Shown here piece after piece: positions 34,028 through 44,068 of a stretch of 64,000 nt of DNA; position 1 is the stretch's first letter; each line of letters starts with the position of its first letter. Source of the stretch: Verrucomicrobiota bacterium (GTDB taxonomy: Bacteria > Verrucomicrobiota > Verrucomicrobiia > Limisphaerales > UBA8199); contig JBEKRX010000017.1 in the NCBI GenBank assembly GCA_049518415.1, positions 82,305 to 146,304 of the forward strand, written 5' to 3'. A model generated the notes under the pieces. The model was not told the DNA's origin. It made no database searches and was given only the letters and a program-made list of their open reading frames with translations. The translations under genes and the position numbers were made by a program.

Positions 34028-37000
34028 TTATTGAGATTTTATCGCATAGAAACGTGCGCTGTCCCCGGCCGAATAGGGGAGGCTGACGCTGAAATTGCCA
34101 CGGCCATCGAACGTATTGACGCCAATCACCGTCCAGTTGGTGAAAGAAAGCGCCGCGTTGGTGGAGGTCAACACGTAATAGACACTGTTGGCCAGGCCGT
34201 TGGTGCCGCTGATGACCAAACTACTCGTTGCCGATTGAAAGCTGACGGCGGTAATTTTCGTCCCAGTGGTGGAGAAAGGCGGAGCGGCAGTGACCACCAG
34301 TTGGACGGCGGTGCTGTCAGCGCTCTCCTGGAGGGTCGCGTTGTAACCTGCGGGAAGAGTGCCCAGAACAAAGTCGTAGGTGCCACTGATGGGCGTGAGC
34401 GATTGGATCAGTGTCACTGTGCTGGGAACCCTGGCAAGCAGCGGCAATTCGGTCACATTGATGGTGTCGGTGCTGCCGGAAATCGTCAAGTTGCTCGTGA
34501 CGACTGGCGCGCCCGGTCCGCCGACCGCCAGGTTCAGCGTCGAATTGGCCAGGGTGATGCTGCCGATCGGCGCCGCCGCCGTGCCGATCGAACCAGCGAC
34601 CGAGGTCAGACTAACGGTGCCGTTCGTCACCGCAATCGAACTGACCCCGCCGCTGACGATGGTGCTGGCCGCCACCGTGCCGGCGACGTTCAAGCTGCCG
34701 TACGCCAACGTGGACGTGCCCCCGCCAAACGCCTGCCCCAAGGCAAGCTGATTGTTGACCACCACGGTGCCGCCGGGATTGACGGCGAGCGTTCCAGTGA
34801 CAGGCCTGTTCCCGGCGGCGGAGGACATGACTCCGAGTCCCAGCGTGTTTACATTCAAAGCGCCACCCCCCAGGTTGAAGATTCCTGCCGAATAGCCGCC
34901 GTCAGCGGCATTACGGCCCTTGCCCACTATGAGGGTGTCTATCATAATATCTGAAGTGCCGGCGCTGAGATCCACCAAGCCGGCGCTCGCAACCTGAAAG
35001 CCTCCAGGAGGCACAACAATGCCTGAACCTGGAGCGGCATTACAATTGCCGCCATTTTGTGTGTTATCGGCGACAATAAACTCCAACACGCGATCCGAAC
35101 TGGCGCCGCGAAGGTAAAGCTGTGACGGCGGCGTGAAATCGGGATTGAACTCGAAAACCGCAGTGCGGCTACATTGTTCCCTGCCGATGGTTATCGTGTC
35201 AGCGTAGATGGCATTGGTTTGTCCCAAATACAAATAATCCCCGTAGTCCCCAAACCCGGCAACGTCGTTTAGGACAAGCGCGGGCCCGGCGGTAGCCGCA
35301 TAGCCAGTCCCCTGAATGTTTCCCACCTGGGTCAGGCTTATGACGTTCGTTTTGGCCAGGTACACAATCCCATCCTGACGGCCGGCGTTGACGTAGGTTG
35401 CCTGCCCGGGGGTCGGGCCGTTTCCCTGAATGCCAATCAGAAAACGGCCGACGGTGGCTTTGAAGGTATCCAGGCCTGACATATCCAGAGTGGCATACAA
35501 ACCGATCTGCCCGCCTTGGTAAGTGCTGCTGCCTTCGGAGACGTATATGGCTGACCCAACGTTGGTGTTGTTGACGACCAGAGTCCCACCGGCGCCACTG
35601 ATGGTATTGTAACAGGTTCCGTAGCCTCCCGTATCCGTGTCCGTTCCAGAGCTCAGCATTATGCTAATATTCGTATTGAAAACCGTCAGCGTCACGCCGG
35701 GGTTAATAACGGTGTTGTGGGCATAGTCGTGGTTGCCGTAGGCGCTGCCGTTGGTCGCCGCGTACCACAACCCGCCCACCGTGATGTCGGCGTCCACGAT
35801 GTTGTCGGCCCCTGCCGTGGCGGAGGCGGACTCGCCGGTGTTAGCAAAAAATGCCGTGTCATACGTGGCCGGCAGCGGCGGCCACAGCCAATTGGCGCCG
35901 TCGGACCAGTTGATGTTGTTCGCGTTCGCGACATCGGGGCCATTCCAGAAGACGTTTCCCCGGGGTATAATCGGGCCGCTGCTGAACGTCGCCAGGATGG
36001 ACATCGAATCCCCGCTCTCGGTTACGTTTTGGACGACAAAACCGCCGGGGGCGCCGACCTGGAAGTTGGCGGCGCCGCCCACGATGGAACTGGCGGACTC
36101 GACGACGGTTACGGTCGCGGGATATGACTCGATGGGCGGCAGTGACAACAGATTGATCGTATTGATGCCGCTCGCGCTGACATTCTCGGCGTACATGTAG
36201 GAGGTGGCGAAGCCCGAGGCGCTCACGGTAATCGTCGCGTTGGTGAGGTTCAAACTGGTCAACGGAGCCGCGGCCGTGCCAATGCCATTGGTGGCTGCCA
36301 GCGAACCGCCATTCATGTTGATGATGCTGGTGCCGGCGCCACTGGCGCCGGGCGAGGTGGCGACCTGGGTGCTGGCCAGGATATTGTTCGCCAGGACTGA
36401 ACCGCCGTTGATGTTGAGCGTGCCGATCGGAGCGCCGGCCAAGGGGCCGCCGGCAAAGGCCAGATTGAGAGTGTCGTTGACTATCAATGTGCCCGTGCCG
36501 TTCACGTTGACCGTTCCCACAGCGTAGTTGTAAACATTGCCGTCGCTGTAAGCCGGGTTATAACTGACATTGACGGTATCCGCAGTGATGGTCCCCGCGT
36601 TGAAAGTGAGCGCGCCGGTCACCGCCGCCCCGCTGTTTAAGCTATTGCGCGAGGCTTTGCCGATTTGCAACGTGTTCACCAATGCATTGACCGTCCCGCC
36701 GGTAAAATCATTGGTGCCGGAACCTCCGCCGGAGGTTAAAGCGTTTGCCACTCCGTCTCCAATATTCCAACTCGCCACCGCGCCGCCGCTGGCGCCGCCA
36801 ATATAAACCGTCGGATTCCCATTCGTGAAAGCAGGATTGAAGAATATGCCGCCGCTCGCCCATTGGCGGCCGACACTAATGTAGTCGGCAAAGATGGCGT
36901 TGGTCTGGCCCAGGTAAAGGGACGAAGCCATATTATTCCCGTAACCCGCCTCGGTTTCGCCGTCGCCGGCGTCACCGACGTCGAGAGCGACCAGCGAAGA

Positions 37001-39400
37001 GTCGCTGGCGCCGGTCCCGGAGGACGCCGTAATGGTGTTGGTTTGGGCCAGATAGACGGTCCCGACCGGCTGAAGGACGGTGGTTGGACCGACCGCACCC
37101 ACGCCCACCAGGAAGCTTCCCACGCTGGCATTGAAGGTGCCCAATCCGGACATATCCAGAGTGGCTTGGGCGGTGGAGGACGCGTCGCTGTGGCCCAGGC
37201 CGACGTAAATGTTGCTATTGGTGACGTTGAGCGTGCCGCCGCCACCGGTCACTGTGACATTGCCGGTCGTATTGCCGAGATCGAGCACTGGACTGCCGAC
37301 CGTCAGGCCGCCCAGGGTGACGGTCAAGGTGTCATTGTTGGCAATGGAGGTGTTTTGATAAGTCCCGTTCGTGTTGGCGTAGGTCAGCTCGAACACCGTG
37401 ACATTGCCGTCCACGATGTTGTTGATTGTCGAAGGAGACGTCACGGATCCGGTGTTGTTGAAAAACGCCGGGTTGCCGGAGCCTGGTTCAGCGTGCGTTG
37501 ACCAATTGAGGCCATCAGACCAGTTGGCACTATTGGCCAGGTCAGCGCCGGTCCAGTTGATCGTCAGGTAGGGGCTTTGTGTGAGGACCAGTTGCACTGA
37601 GGAGGCGGTGGTCTGGAGCGTTCCGACGTAACCCGCCGGCAAAGTGCCCAGCTTAAAGTCCGTAGCGCCATTACCCCCGATGGCATTGCCCGATGAAATC
37701 AGTGTAATGACAGGTGACACACCCGCAAGCTGCGATATGGAAATGATGTTGATGGTATTGCCGACCGTGCTGCTATCCGTCGTCAAATCGTTCGCGACGA
37801 CTGCCCCCGTCAGGCTGCTCACCGCCACATTCAGCGTCGAATCGCCAATCGTCATGCTGCCGATCGGCGCCGCCGCCGAGCCGATGTTGGCGGCGGTAAC
37901 GGTGGCGTTGGCCAGCGTAACCGTGCTGGCAGAGCGGCCGCTGTCAACAATCCCATAATTGCCATCGGCCACGTTGAGGGTGGCGCCGTTGGTGAGAGTC
38001 AAGTACCCCGTCGCAACCGCGTTTGCGGAAGTGCCGAGCTTGACCCCCAGGGCCAGGTTGTTAGAATTGACCACCACATTGCCGGAATTCACGTTGAGCG
38101 TTCCAAGGACAGGCGTTGTCCCGGCGGCGGCGGACATGACTCCGAGGCGCAGCGTGTTGACATCCAAAGTGCCAGCCCCCATGTTGAAGACGCCTACCGT
38201 ATAGCCGCCGCCAGCAGCATTGTGGCCCTTGCCCACGAAGAGCGTGTCTATCTTAATATCGGAAGTGCCCTGGCTTAGATCCACCAAGCCGGCGCACCCG
38301 GCATAGGCACCTCCAGGATTCTGGGCAGCCGTCGGGTTGCCAATGCCTGCGCCTGGAGCTACACCTGCATTCCCATTGCCGCCATTGATTGTGTCATCGG
38401 CAACAACAAACTCTGGGACGCGATCCGAACTGGCGCCGCGAAGGTAAAGCGTTGGCGCGGTGAAATTGGGATTGAACCTGAAAACCGCAGTGTGATATGC
38501 TTCGTGCCTGCCGATGGTTATCGTGTCAGCGGAAATGGCATTGGATTGTCCCAAATATATATAGCTGCTGAAGTCGTCAAAATTCTGGTAAGTGTCCAAC
38601 AGGACAAGCGCCGGCCCGGCGGCAGCCGCATTGCCAGTCCCCTGAATGTTTCCCGCCTGGGTCAGGTTTATGACGTTGGTTTTGGCCAACCACAGGACCC
38701 CCGTAGCACGCGAGTTGTTGAAAAGGTTTACCTGCCCCGGGGTCGCGTTGACTCCCTCAACGCCTACGAACAAACGGCCGACGGTGGCCTGGAACGTATC
38801 CAGGCCTGACATATTCAGAATGGCCCATTGATCGATGGCCCCCGCGTAAGTGGCGCTGCCTTGTTCGACGTTTATGATTGACGCCTGGTTGGTGTTGTTG
38901 ACGACCAGAGTCCCACCGTCGCCACTGATGGTATTGTAACAGTGTGTGAGGCCGCCGGCCGGATCGCTCAGGCTTCCAGAGTCCAGCATTATCGTAATAT
39001 TCGTATCGAGAACCGTCAGCGTCACACCGGGGTTAATCACGGTGTTGTGCCATCGGTTGTTGGTCTGCCGGTAGAGCAAGCCGGTCACCGTGATGTTGGC
39101 GTCCACGATGTTGTCCACGTTGGCTGCCCCGGCGGCTGCGGACGTGCCGGCCCCAACAAAAGTTACCGTGTTGGTGGCCCCCGGTACGACGCCGCCCGTC
39201 CAATTGTGGGTGTCGGACCAGTTGATATCGGTGAGAACATTGGCTCCGCTCCAAGTAATGTTTTGAGCCGGCGCATCGGCGCAGAGGGCAAATAATGCGT
39301 ACAGAGCCGTGACGCGCCGCAAAACAAGGAACGATGGCTTCATCATGGATGGCTTCATAATGTGTACGGTGTTATACCGCGGTTTTTGCCGAATGAACAT
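34028..39400 (-). CDS. Giant (1790 aa) secreted autotransporter-associated beta-strand-repeat protein
   Basis: Signal peptide MKPSFLVLRRVTALYALFALCADAPAQ; the true start is probably 39343-39358. Recurrent N.TW.G....NWSD..NW and GGTLVVNNTN modules, Gly/Asn/Thr-rich beta-helix-like sequence. Three internal modules. Ends ARFYAIKSQ. Confidence 0.85.
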   Translation of the reverse strand: MFIRQKPRYNTVHIMKPSMMKPSFLVLRRVTALYALFALCADAPAQNITWSGANVLTDINWSDTHNWTGGVVPGATNTVTFVGAGTSAAAGAANVDNIVDANITVTGLLYRQTNNRWHNTVINPGVTLTVLDTNITIMLDSGSLSDPAGGLTHCYNTISGDGGTLVVNNTNQASIINVEQGSATYAGAIDQWAILNMSGLDTFQATVGRLFVGVEGVNATPGQVNLFNNSRATGVLWLAKTNVINLTQAGNIQGTGNAAAAGPALVLLDTYQNFDDFSSYIYLGQSNAISADTITIGRHEAYHTAVFRFNPNFTAPTLYLRGASSDRVPEFVVADDTINGGNGNAGVAPGAGIGNPTAAQNPGGAYAGCAGLVDLSQGTSDIKIDTLFVGKGHNAAGGGYTVGVFNMGAGTLDVNTLRLGVMSAAAGTTPVLGTLNVNSGNVVVNSNNLALGVKLGTSANAVATGYLTLTNGATLNVADGNYGIVDSGRSASTVTLANATVTAANIGSAAAPIGSMTIGDSTLNVAVSSLTGAVVANDLTTDSSTVGNTINIISISQLAGVSPVITLISSGNAIGGNGATDFKLGTLPAGYVGTLQTTASSVQLVLTQSPYLTINWTGADLANSANWSDGLNWSTHAEPGSGNPAFFNNTGSVTSPSTINNIVDGNVTVFELTYANTNGTYQNTSIANNDTLTVTLGGLTVGSPVLDLGNTTGNVTVTGGGGTLNVTNSNIYVGLGHSDASSTAQATLDMSGLGTFNASVGSFLVGVGAVGPTTVLQPVGTVYLAQTNTITASSGTGASDSSLVALDVGDAGDGETEAGYGNNMASSLYLGQTNAIFADYISVGRQWASGGIFFNPAFTNGNPTVYIGGASGGAVASWNIGDGVANALTSGGGSGTNDFTGGTVNALVNTLQIGKASRNSLNSGAAVTGALTFNAGTITADTVNVSYNPAYSDGNVYNYAVGTVNVNGTGTLIVNDTLNLAFAGGPLAGAPIGTLNINGGSVLANNILASTQVATSPGASGAGTSIINMNGGSLAATNGIGTAAAPLTSLNLTNATITVSASGFATSYMYAENVSASGINTINLLSLPPIESYPATVTVVESASSIVGGAANFQVGAPGGFVVQNVTESGDSMSILATFSSGPIIPRGNVFWNGPDVANANNINWSDGANWLWPPLPATYDTAFFANTGESASATAGADNIVDADITVGGLWYAATNGSAYGNHDYAHNTVINPGVTLTVFNTNISIMLSSGTDTDTGGYGTCYNTISGAGGTLVVNNTNVGSAIYVSEGSSTYQGGQIGLYATLDMSGLDTFKATVGRFLIGIQGNGPTPGQATYVNAGRQDGIVYLAKTNVISLTQVGNIQGTGYAATAGPALVLNDVAGFGDYGDYLYLGQTNAIYADTITIGREQCSRTAVFEFNPDFTPPSQLYLRGASSDRVLEFIVADNTQNGGNCNAAPGSGIVVPPGGFQVASAGLVDLSAGTSDIMIDTLIVGKGRNAADGGYSAGIFNLGGGALNVNTLGLGVMSSAAGNRPVTGTLAVNPGGTVVVNNQLALGQAFGGGTSTLAYGSLNVAGTVAASTIVSGGVSSIAVTNGTVSLTSVAGSIGTAAAPIGSITLANSTLNLAVGGPGAPVVTSNLTISGSTDTINVTELPLLARVPSTVTLIQSLTPISGTYDFVLGTLPAGYNATLQESADSTAVQLVVTAAPPFSTTGTKITAVSFQSATSSLVISGTNGLANSVYYVLTSTNAALSFTNWTVIGVNTFDGRGNFSVSLPYSAGDSARFYAIKSQ

Positions 39401-39726
39401 TGGACCAGGATCCTGGTGTGAAAAGAACCGGGAAGAAGACCAGAAAGTTTTGGCATTTATTCTTAATCACGACTTTGCGGGTGTTAACGGCGTTATTGGT
39501 TCAACATGACCGATTGATGACGAAACTGCAAAAACATAATAAAATCTGGCCATTGATTCACGTATATGCTGAGGGACTCCCCATTGTCGAGACCATTTTT
39601 CAGTTAATTTAAGATCGTGAAATTCCGGGCCTCTCAGGGAGGCGAGTAGCGAGGTAAACCAGCGTATTGGCTCAAGTCGAGCATGTACGCTTGATAGATT
39701 TTTCCCTGCCGCGTGTTCTTGACCGT

Positions 39727-39751
39727 GAAAGGGAAAGGGAAAGGGAAAGGG
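39727..39751. repeat. Hexamer tandem repeat (GAAAGG)x4
   Basis: gaaagg gaaagg gaaagg gaaagg g. Confidence 0.9.
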
Positions 39752-39814
39752 TCACTCCCGGAAATCGGAAACATGGCCTGACGGAACGGCCGATTGAGGG
39801 CAGGATGGGCGCCG

Positions 39815-39942
39815 ATGGCTCGGAAGATTCGCCTCGAGTATGCCGGGGCTGGCTATCATGTGGCCCGGGGAAATCAGGGCCGCGATATTTACGCCGAGGA
39901 TCGCGACCGGAAGCTGTGGCTGAAAACGCTGGCAGAAATTTC
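39815..39942 (+). pseudogene. IS200-like / REP-associated tyrosine transposase (RAYT-type), N-terminal ~42-aa remnant
   Basis: MARKIRLEYAGAGYHVARGNQGRDIYAEDRDRKLWLKTLAE matches the conserved N-terminus (MAR..R.E..GA.YHV..RGN.R..IF.DD.DR..FL..L.E). It is cut off by the 9-mer repeat at 39943. Confidence 0.6.
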
Positions 39943-39976
39943 CCAATCCAGCCAATCCAGCCAATCCAGCCAATGG
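39943..39976. repeat. Nonamer tandem repeat (CCAATCCAG)x3.7
   Basis: ccaatccag ccaatccag ccaatccag ccaatgg. Confidence 0.9.
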
Positions 39977-40280
39977 AGTATTTGCCATTTCGCCCAAAAC
40001 CCGCTATAACTGTCACCCGGTGAATGCCAAACTGACAGCGCCGCCTCGCTTCGCGCCCGGCCAGGAACCGGTTCCTGCCCGTTTCCACGCGCGCGGCCCG
40101 CCGTTTTTGCAGCTATTTCCAGTTATTTCCACTTAAAAATTCGCTGCTTCAATGACCTGTGGCCGGAACACCGAATCCTTCGCAACCATCCCCTCCGCCA
40201 GGAACAATTGCGCGCTTGCGTCGCTTATCCCCAGGCCCGCCTCAGCCAGGAGAAGGTGTTGGCAACCGCCGCCTGAGCAG

Positions 40281-41585
40281 ATGAAGCACTACACTCGCCG
40301 CCAGTTTTTGGCCCGGGCCGGCGGGCTGGGCGCGCTGGCGGTTTGCGCCGGGCCGGTCCTCGCCTCGAGCAGCCGCCTGGGGAACAAGCTGCCGCTGGCC
40401 GAGGCCTTTGACCGGGAGATGGAGCGATTCATGTCGGCGCGGAAGGTCCCGGGCGGCGCGCTGGCGGTGCTGAAGGACCAGCGCCTGGTCTATGTCCGCG
40501 GCTACGGCTGGGGGGACCGGGAGAAAAAGGAGCCGGTGAAAGCGGAGTCTTTGTTCCGGATTGCCAGCATCTCCAAGCCGTTCACCGCGGCGGCCGTGCT
40601 CAAGCTGAGCGAGAGCCGCCGCCTGGACCTCGAGGCGCCCGTGCTCGAACTCGTGCGGCTGGAGCCGGTGCTGGCGAAAGGCAAACAGCCCGATGCACGC
40701 TGGCAGCGGGTCACGGTTCGTCATTGCCTGCATCATACCGGCGGCTGGGATCGCGCAGCCAGCGGCGACCCGATGTTTCGTTCGGGCGAGATTGCCCGGG
40801 CGGTGGGCGTTCCGGCCCCGGCCAACCAGGAGGCGATCATCCGTTACCTGCTGGGCCAGCCGCTCGATTTCGAGCCCGGCGCCCGCTATGCTTATTCGAA
40901 CTTCGGATATTGCCTGCTCGGGCGCGTGATTGAGAGAGTGAGCGGCCAACCCTACGAGCAATTCGTGCGGCAGGCAGTGCTGGCGCCCATGGGCATTCGG
41001 CGGATGCGGCTGGGGGTTTCGCTCGCCAGCGGGCGGGCGGAGGGCGAAGTGAGATACTACACCCCCAACAACCGCCGAAGCCCCAGCGTGTTCCCCGGGC
41101 AACCCGCCAAAGTCCCCGAGCCGTACGGCAGCTTCTGCCTGGAAGCGATGGACGCGCACGGGGGTTGGCTGGCCTCGGCGGTCGAGCTCGCCCGGTTTGC
41201 AGCGGCGCTGCAGGCGCCGGCGGGCAATGCCTCTTTGCAAGCCGACACCCGGCGAATCTTCTACGAGCCGCCGGCCCCGCCCGTCAGCCGGAAAGCCGAC
41301 GGCTCACTGGCGGATTATTATTACGGCTGCGGCTGGAACGTGCGCCCGGTGGGAAACCAGGGGCGCGCCAACTACTGGCACAACGGCAGTCTGCCCGGAA
41401 CGTTCACTCTGCTGGTGCGCCGCTTCGACGGCCTCAGTTGGGCGGCCCTCTTCAATCAACGCTCGGAATCTTCCCGCCTGCCCGATGGCGCCATCGACTC
41501 GGCCTTGCACCGCGCCGCCGATGCCGTGGCCGAATGGCCGGCGGATGATCTCTTTGCCCACGGACCACGGACCGGACGAGCGTGA
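40281..41585 (+). CDS. Tat-exported serine hydrolase (class C beta-lactamase / PBP4-like family)
   Basis: MKHYTRRQFLARAGGLGALAV is a Tat signal. FRIASISKPFTAAAVLKL contains the SxxK motif. Start set at ATG 40281. Confidence 0.85.
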   Translation: MKHYTRRQFLARAGGLGALAVCAGPVLASSSRLGNKLPLAEAFDREMERFMSARKVPGGALAVLKDQRLVYVRGYGWGDREKKEPVKAESLFRIASISKPFTAAAVLKLSESRRLDLEAPVLELVRLEPVLAKGKQPDARWQRVTVRHCLHHTGGWDRAASGDPMFRSGEIARAVGVPAPANQEAIIRYLLGQPLDFEPGARYAYSNFGYCLLGRVIERVSGQPYEQFVRQAVLAPMGIRRMRLGVSLASGRAEGEVRYYTPNNRRSPSVFPGQPAKVPEPYGSFCLEAMDAHGGWLASAVELARFAAALQAPAGNASLQADTRRIFYEPPAPPVSRKADGSLADYYYGCGWNVRPVGNQGRANYWHNGSLPGTFTLLVRRFDGLSWAALFNQRSESSRLPDGAIDSALHRAADAVAEWPADDLFAHGPRTGRA

Positions 41586-41614
41586 GTGGGTGAGTGGGTG
41601 AGTGAGTGGGTGGG
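41582..41614. repeat. Octamer tandem repeat (GTGAGTGG)x4, starting on the stop codon of the hydrolase gene
   Basis: gtgagtgg gtgagtgg gtgagtgagtgg gtggg. Confidence 0.85.
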
Positions 41615-41680
41615 AGCCAAAGCGGCGTCTCCCGACGGGTCGGGATTGCCGCCCTGCTCCATAGCCCCGCCGGCGATGCC

Positions 41681-42544
41681 CTATCCAACGCGCGCACGAT
41701 ACCCCAGACGCGCCACCGCCTCATCCCCGGCGCCAAGAGCTGCCAGAGCGGGCGAGGAGCCGTCCCATTCTAGGCGCTTGAGCGCCGCCATCGAGGCCGC
41801 GAGGTAGGGAAATCTCAGGTCATAAGTTCGATAGATTGTCTCGAAAAAGGCGACAAGGTTCAGGGGACTATCGGCGGGCGGGAAGCCGCCAAAAACCGTT
41901 CCAGGCGCCTCTGCCCCGGGATTTACCAAAGCAAGCGAAACGGCTTCGTAGCGCGTGAAATCGTCGCGAACGAATCGCCGTCCAGCCAGACCAAGCAATA
42001 TGTCGTGGTATCGGCGGATGGCTTGAACCACTTCCCCCTTTTCATCCACGGCGATGTCGTTGGGCGCAAGCCCCTCCGCTCCGGCGCGGTGGGCTTTCAT
42101 CACGTGGAGGAAGGCGTAAACGAGTCCGGGGTACATTATATGGAGGTTGGTGGAATCGCCGATCGCTTCCTCCATGCGATTAGTCAAATTCCGAAATGCG
42201 CCGCCGGTACCCTTTACAGAGATTGCAATCACCGGCCCAATGCCGGGCTTGGCTATGACGACATCGATGCCCTTGGTCTTCAAACCGCCGAGGACAGTTT
42301 GCTCTTTCTCCTGCTGTGCCCCCTCGTCGAAGACCAGCCTGCGGCGACCTGCGCCGGTTTGCACGATCAGCGGCGGGTGCGGCGTGATCTCGTCAGGATG
42401 AAAGCCGCCCTCGATAACCAAGCGGATCGCGATGTGCTGGTGGAGCGGCTTAATGTGGCGCTGTCCCTGGGTCTCGAGGACGGCGATGAACTGTGCCAGT
42501 GCTGCGTCAAGCCACAGGTAGGACGGGATCCAAGGGTCAGGCAT
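41681..42544 (-). CDS. Putative type II restriction endonuclease (PD-(D/E)xK-like), partner of the adjacent methyltransferase
   Basis: 287 aa from ATG 42544, which overlaps the MTase stop by 8 nt. GIDVVIAKPGIGPVIAISVKGTGGAFRNLTNRMEEAIGDSTNL is a candidate D...S-x-K nuclease core, with the N..NR.EE.IG pattern seen in several REase families. The call rests on position and motifs only. Confidence 0.55.
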   Translation of the reverse strand: MPDPWIPSYLWLDAALAQFIAVLETQGQRHIKPLHQHIAIRLVIEGGFHPDEITPHPPLIVQTGAGRRRLVFDEGAQQEKEQTVLGGLKTKGIDVVIAKPGIGPVIAISVKGTGGAFRNLTNRMEEAIGDSTNLHIMYPGLVYAFLHVMKAHRAGAEGLAPNDIAVDEKGEVVQAIRRYHDILLGLAGRRFVRDDFTRYEAVSLALVNPGAEAPGTVFGGFPPADSPLNLVAFFETIYRTYDLRFPYLAASMAALKRLEWDGSSPALAALGAGDEAVARLGYRARVG

Positions 42545-43991
42545 AATGCCTCCAGCGACGTGCTTCCGTGAGCGTTTCTTCAAGAGTGGCGGCGTCGGCC
42601 CGGCTGATGGCTGGGCTGCTGAGTGGAAGTCTCACGTTGGCGACCTCTCCCGGCTCCAGCTTGAGCATTCCTCCGCCTAGCGGATGCCCCTCAATTTCGC
42701 AGCTTAGCTGGCACAGCGGGGTTTGCCATGCCCGCTGGACGTCTGCGATCTTGAAGCCAGGGGCCAGCCCGACCGCATGAACGGAGTTCGTGCAGACGCA
42801 CTCGGCCTCATTGGCAACGAGGGTTGGAGCTAAGCCGCTCATGTAGGAGAGGAATGCGTCAGGGCTCTTCACATCGGGCACCACATACCAGGGTTTGCGG
42901 TTTCGGCATTTGTAGGTCTCCTTGGCGTCCTGGCCGGCGTCGGTTTCCAAGTACTGGCGAACTGGGGTTGGCAGGGGGCTCACCCCGAGCAAGTGCAAAA
43001 GGAGCACGGGTTCATCGTTGGCTATCCAATTGCGGACGGTCCGCTGGTCCACACAGCGTTCTGGGAGTTGCTCGCCCTTGCGCACCGTGACTCGAAGGAC
43101 TTGCGGGGGTAGGCCCCAGAACTGTGCTTCGGTGGGTCTCAGGTGGAAGAAGTCGTTTGCGCCCGTAACATACCCGACTCCCGCATGGGCGAGTTCGGAA
43201 AAACGACGGACGTTTGGCAGGCCGATGAGCCGGTCGTAGAGCGCTACGCCACGCTCCGGCAGGAGGAACTTCCGCAATCGGCCGCCCGATTGACGCCAGG
43301 TTGCAAGGCCCACCCGCCGCACTTCTTGGGGAGGGGCCTCAAGGGGCCTAAACACGTCCAGTGCGCTGAGGAGGATTTCCTCCGTGCGCCCGCCGAAACC
43401 AGCGCAGTGCAGCAGCCAACAATCCTCGGAGAGCGCCGGGAAGAGCTTCTCCCGGACGGCGATGATGTGAACTCGATCAAAATGGCCGCACAAGGCCGCC
43501 AAGAGCGGTTCGGCATAAGTAGCATGACCGATCTCCGCAGGCACCACAAAGGCCATAGCTCCCCCGGGCCGAAGCAGACCCGCAGTGACAACGAGGAAAG
43601 GAGCCCAGGAGGAGCAGAGCCCATTGAACCGCGCCCCGAGCCGGGCCGCTTCCGCCAGGGCCCGTTGTCGCGTCTCACCAGAGAAGAACTGGTAGCGGAT
43701 GAAAGGAGGATTGCCGGCTGCCGCATCGAATCTTTCAGGGCTGCGAGATGCCCACCGGAAAAACTCCCCCTCATGAACCAAAGCCCAAGGCGCACGAGAG
43801 CGTGCCAAGAGCGCATGCTCGCGCCCCACGTCAACTCCCACGGCCTCACGATGGCAGACCAGAAACTCGCCGTCACCGCAGGCGGGGTCCAAAAGGCGCT
43901 GGCGCGGGTTGGTGATCAACCATTGCACCAACGTGCGCGCCACCGCCGGCGGCGTGAAGAACTGGCCCAGTCTCTTGCGGGAGTCGCCCAC
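42537..43991 (-). CDS. N6-adenine DNA methyltransferase (gamma class, Eco57I/TaqI-like)
   Basis: GQFFTPPAVA (motif X), LLDPACGDGEFL (motif I), AAGNPPFIRYQ (motif IV), and a long C-terminal target-recognition region. Confidence 0.85.
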   Translation of the reverse strand: MGDSRKRLGQFFTPPAVARTLVQWLITNPRQRLLDPACGDGEFLVCHREAVGVDVGREHALLARSRAPWALVHEGEFFRWASRSPERFDAAAGNPPFIRYQFFSGETRQRALAEAARLGARFNGLCSSWAPFLVVTAGLLRPGGAMAFVVPAEIGHATYAEPLLAALCGHFDRVHIIAVREKLFPALSEDCWLLHCAGFGGRTEEILLSALDVFRPLEAPPQEVRRVGLATWRQSGGRLRKFLLPERGVALYDRLIGLPNVRRFSELAHAGVGYVTGANDFFHLRPTEAQFWGLPPQVLRVTVRKGEQLPERCVDQRTVRNWIANDEPVLLLHLLGVSPLPTPVRQYLETDAGQDAKETYKCRNRKPWYVVPDVKSPDAFLSYMSGLAPTLVANEAECVCTNSVHAVGLAPGFKIADVQRAWQTPLCQLSCEIEGHPLGGGMLKLEPGEVANVRLPLSSPAISRADAATLEETLTEARRWRHYA

Positions 43992-44068
43992 GGCTCCTTA
44001 ATGCCACGGTTGCCGCGCCCCGTCCAGTCCGAATATGGTGCTGCTGGCAGGCGGCAGGACAAGAGTGG

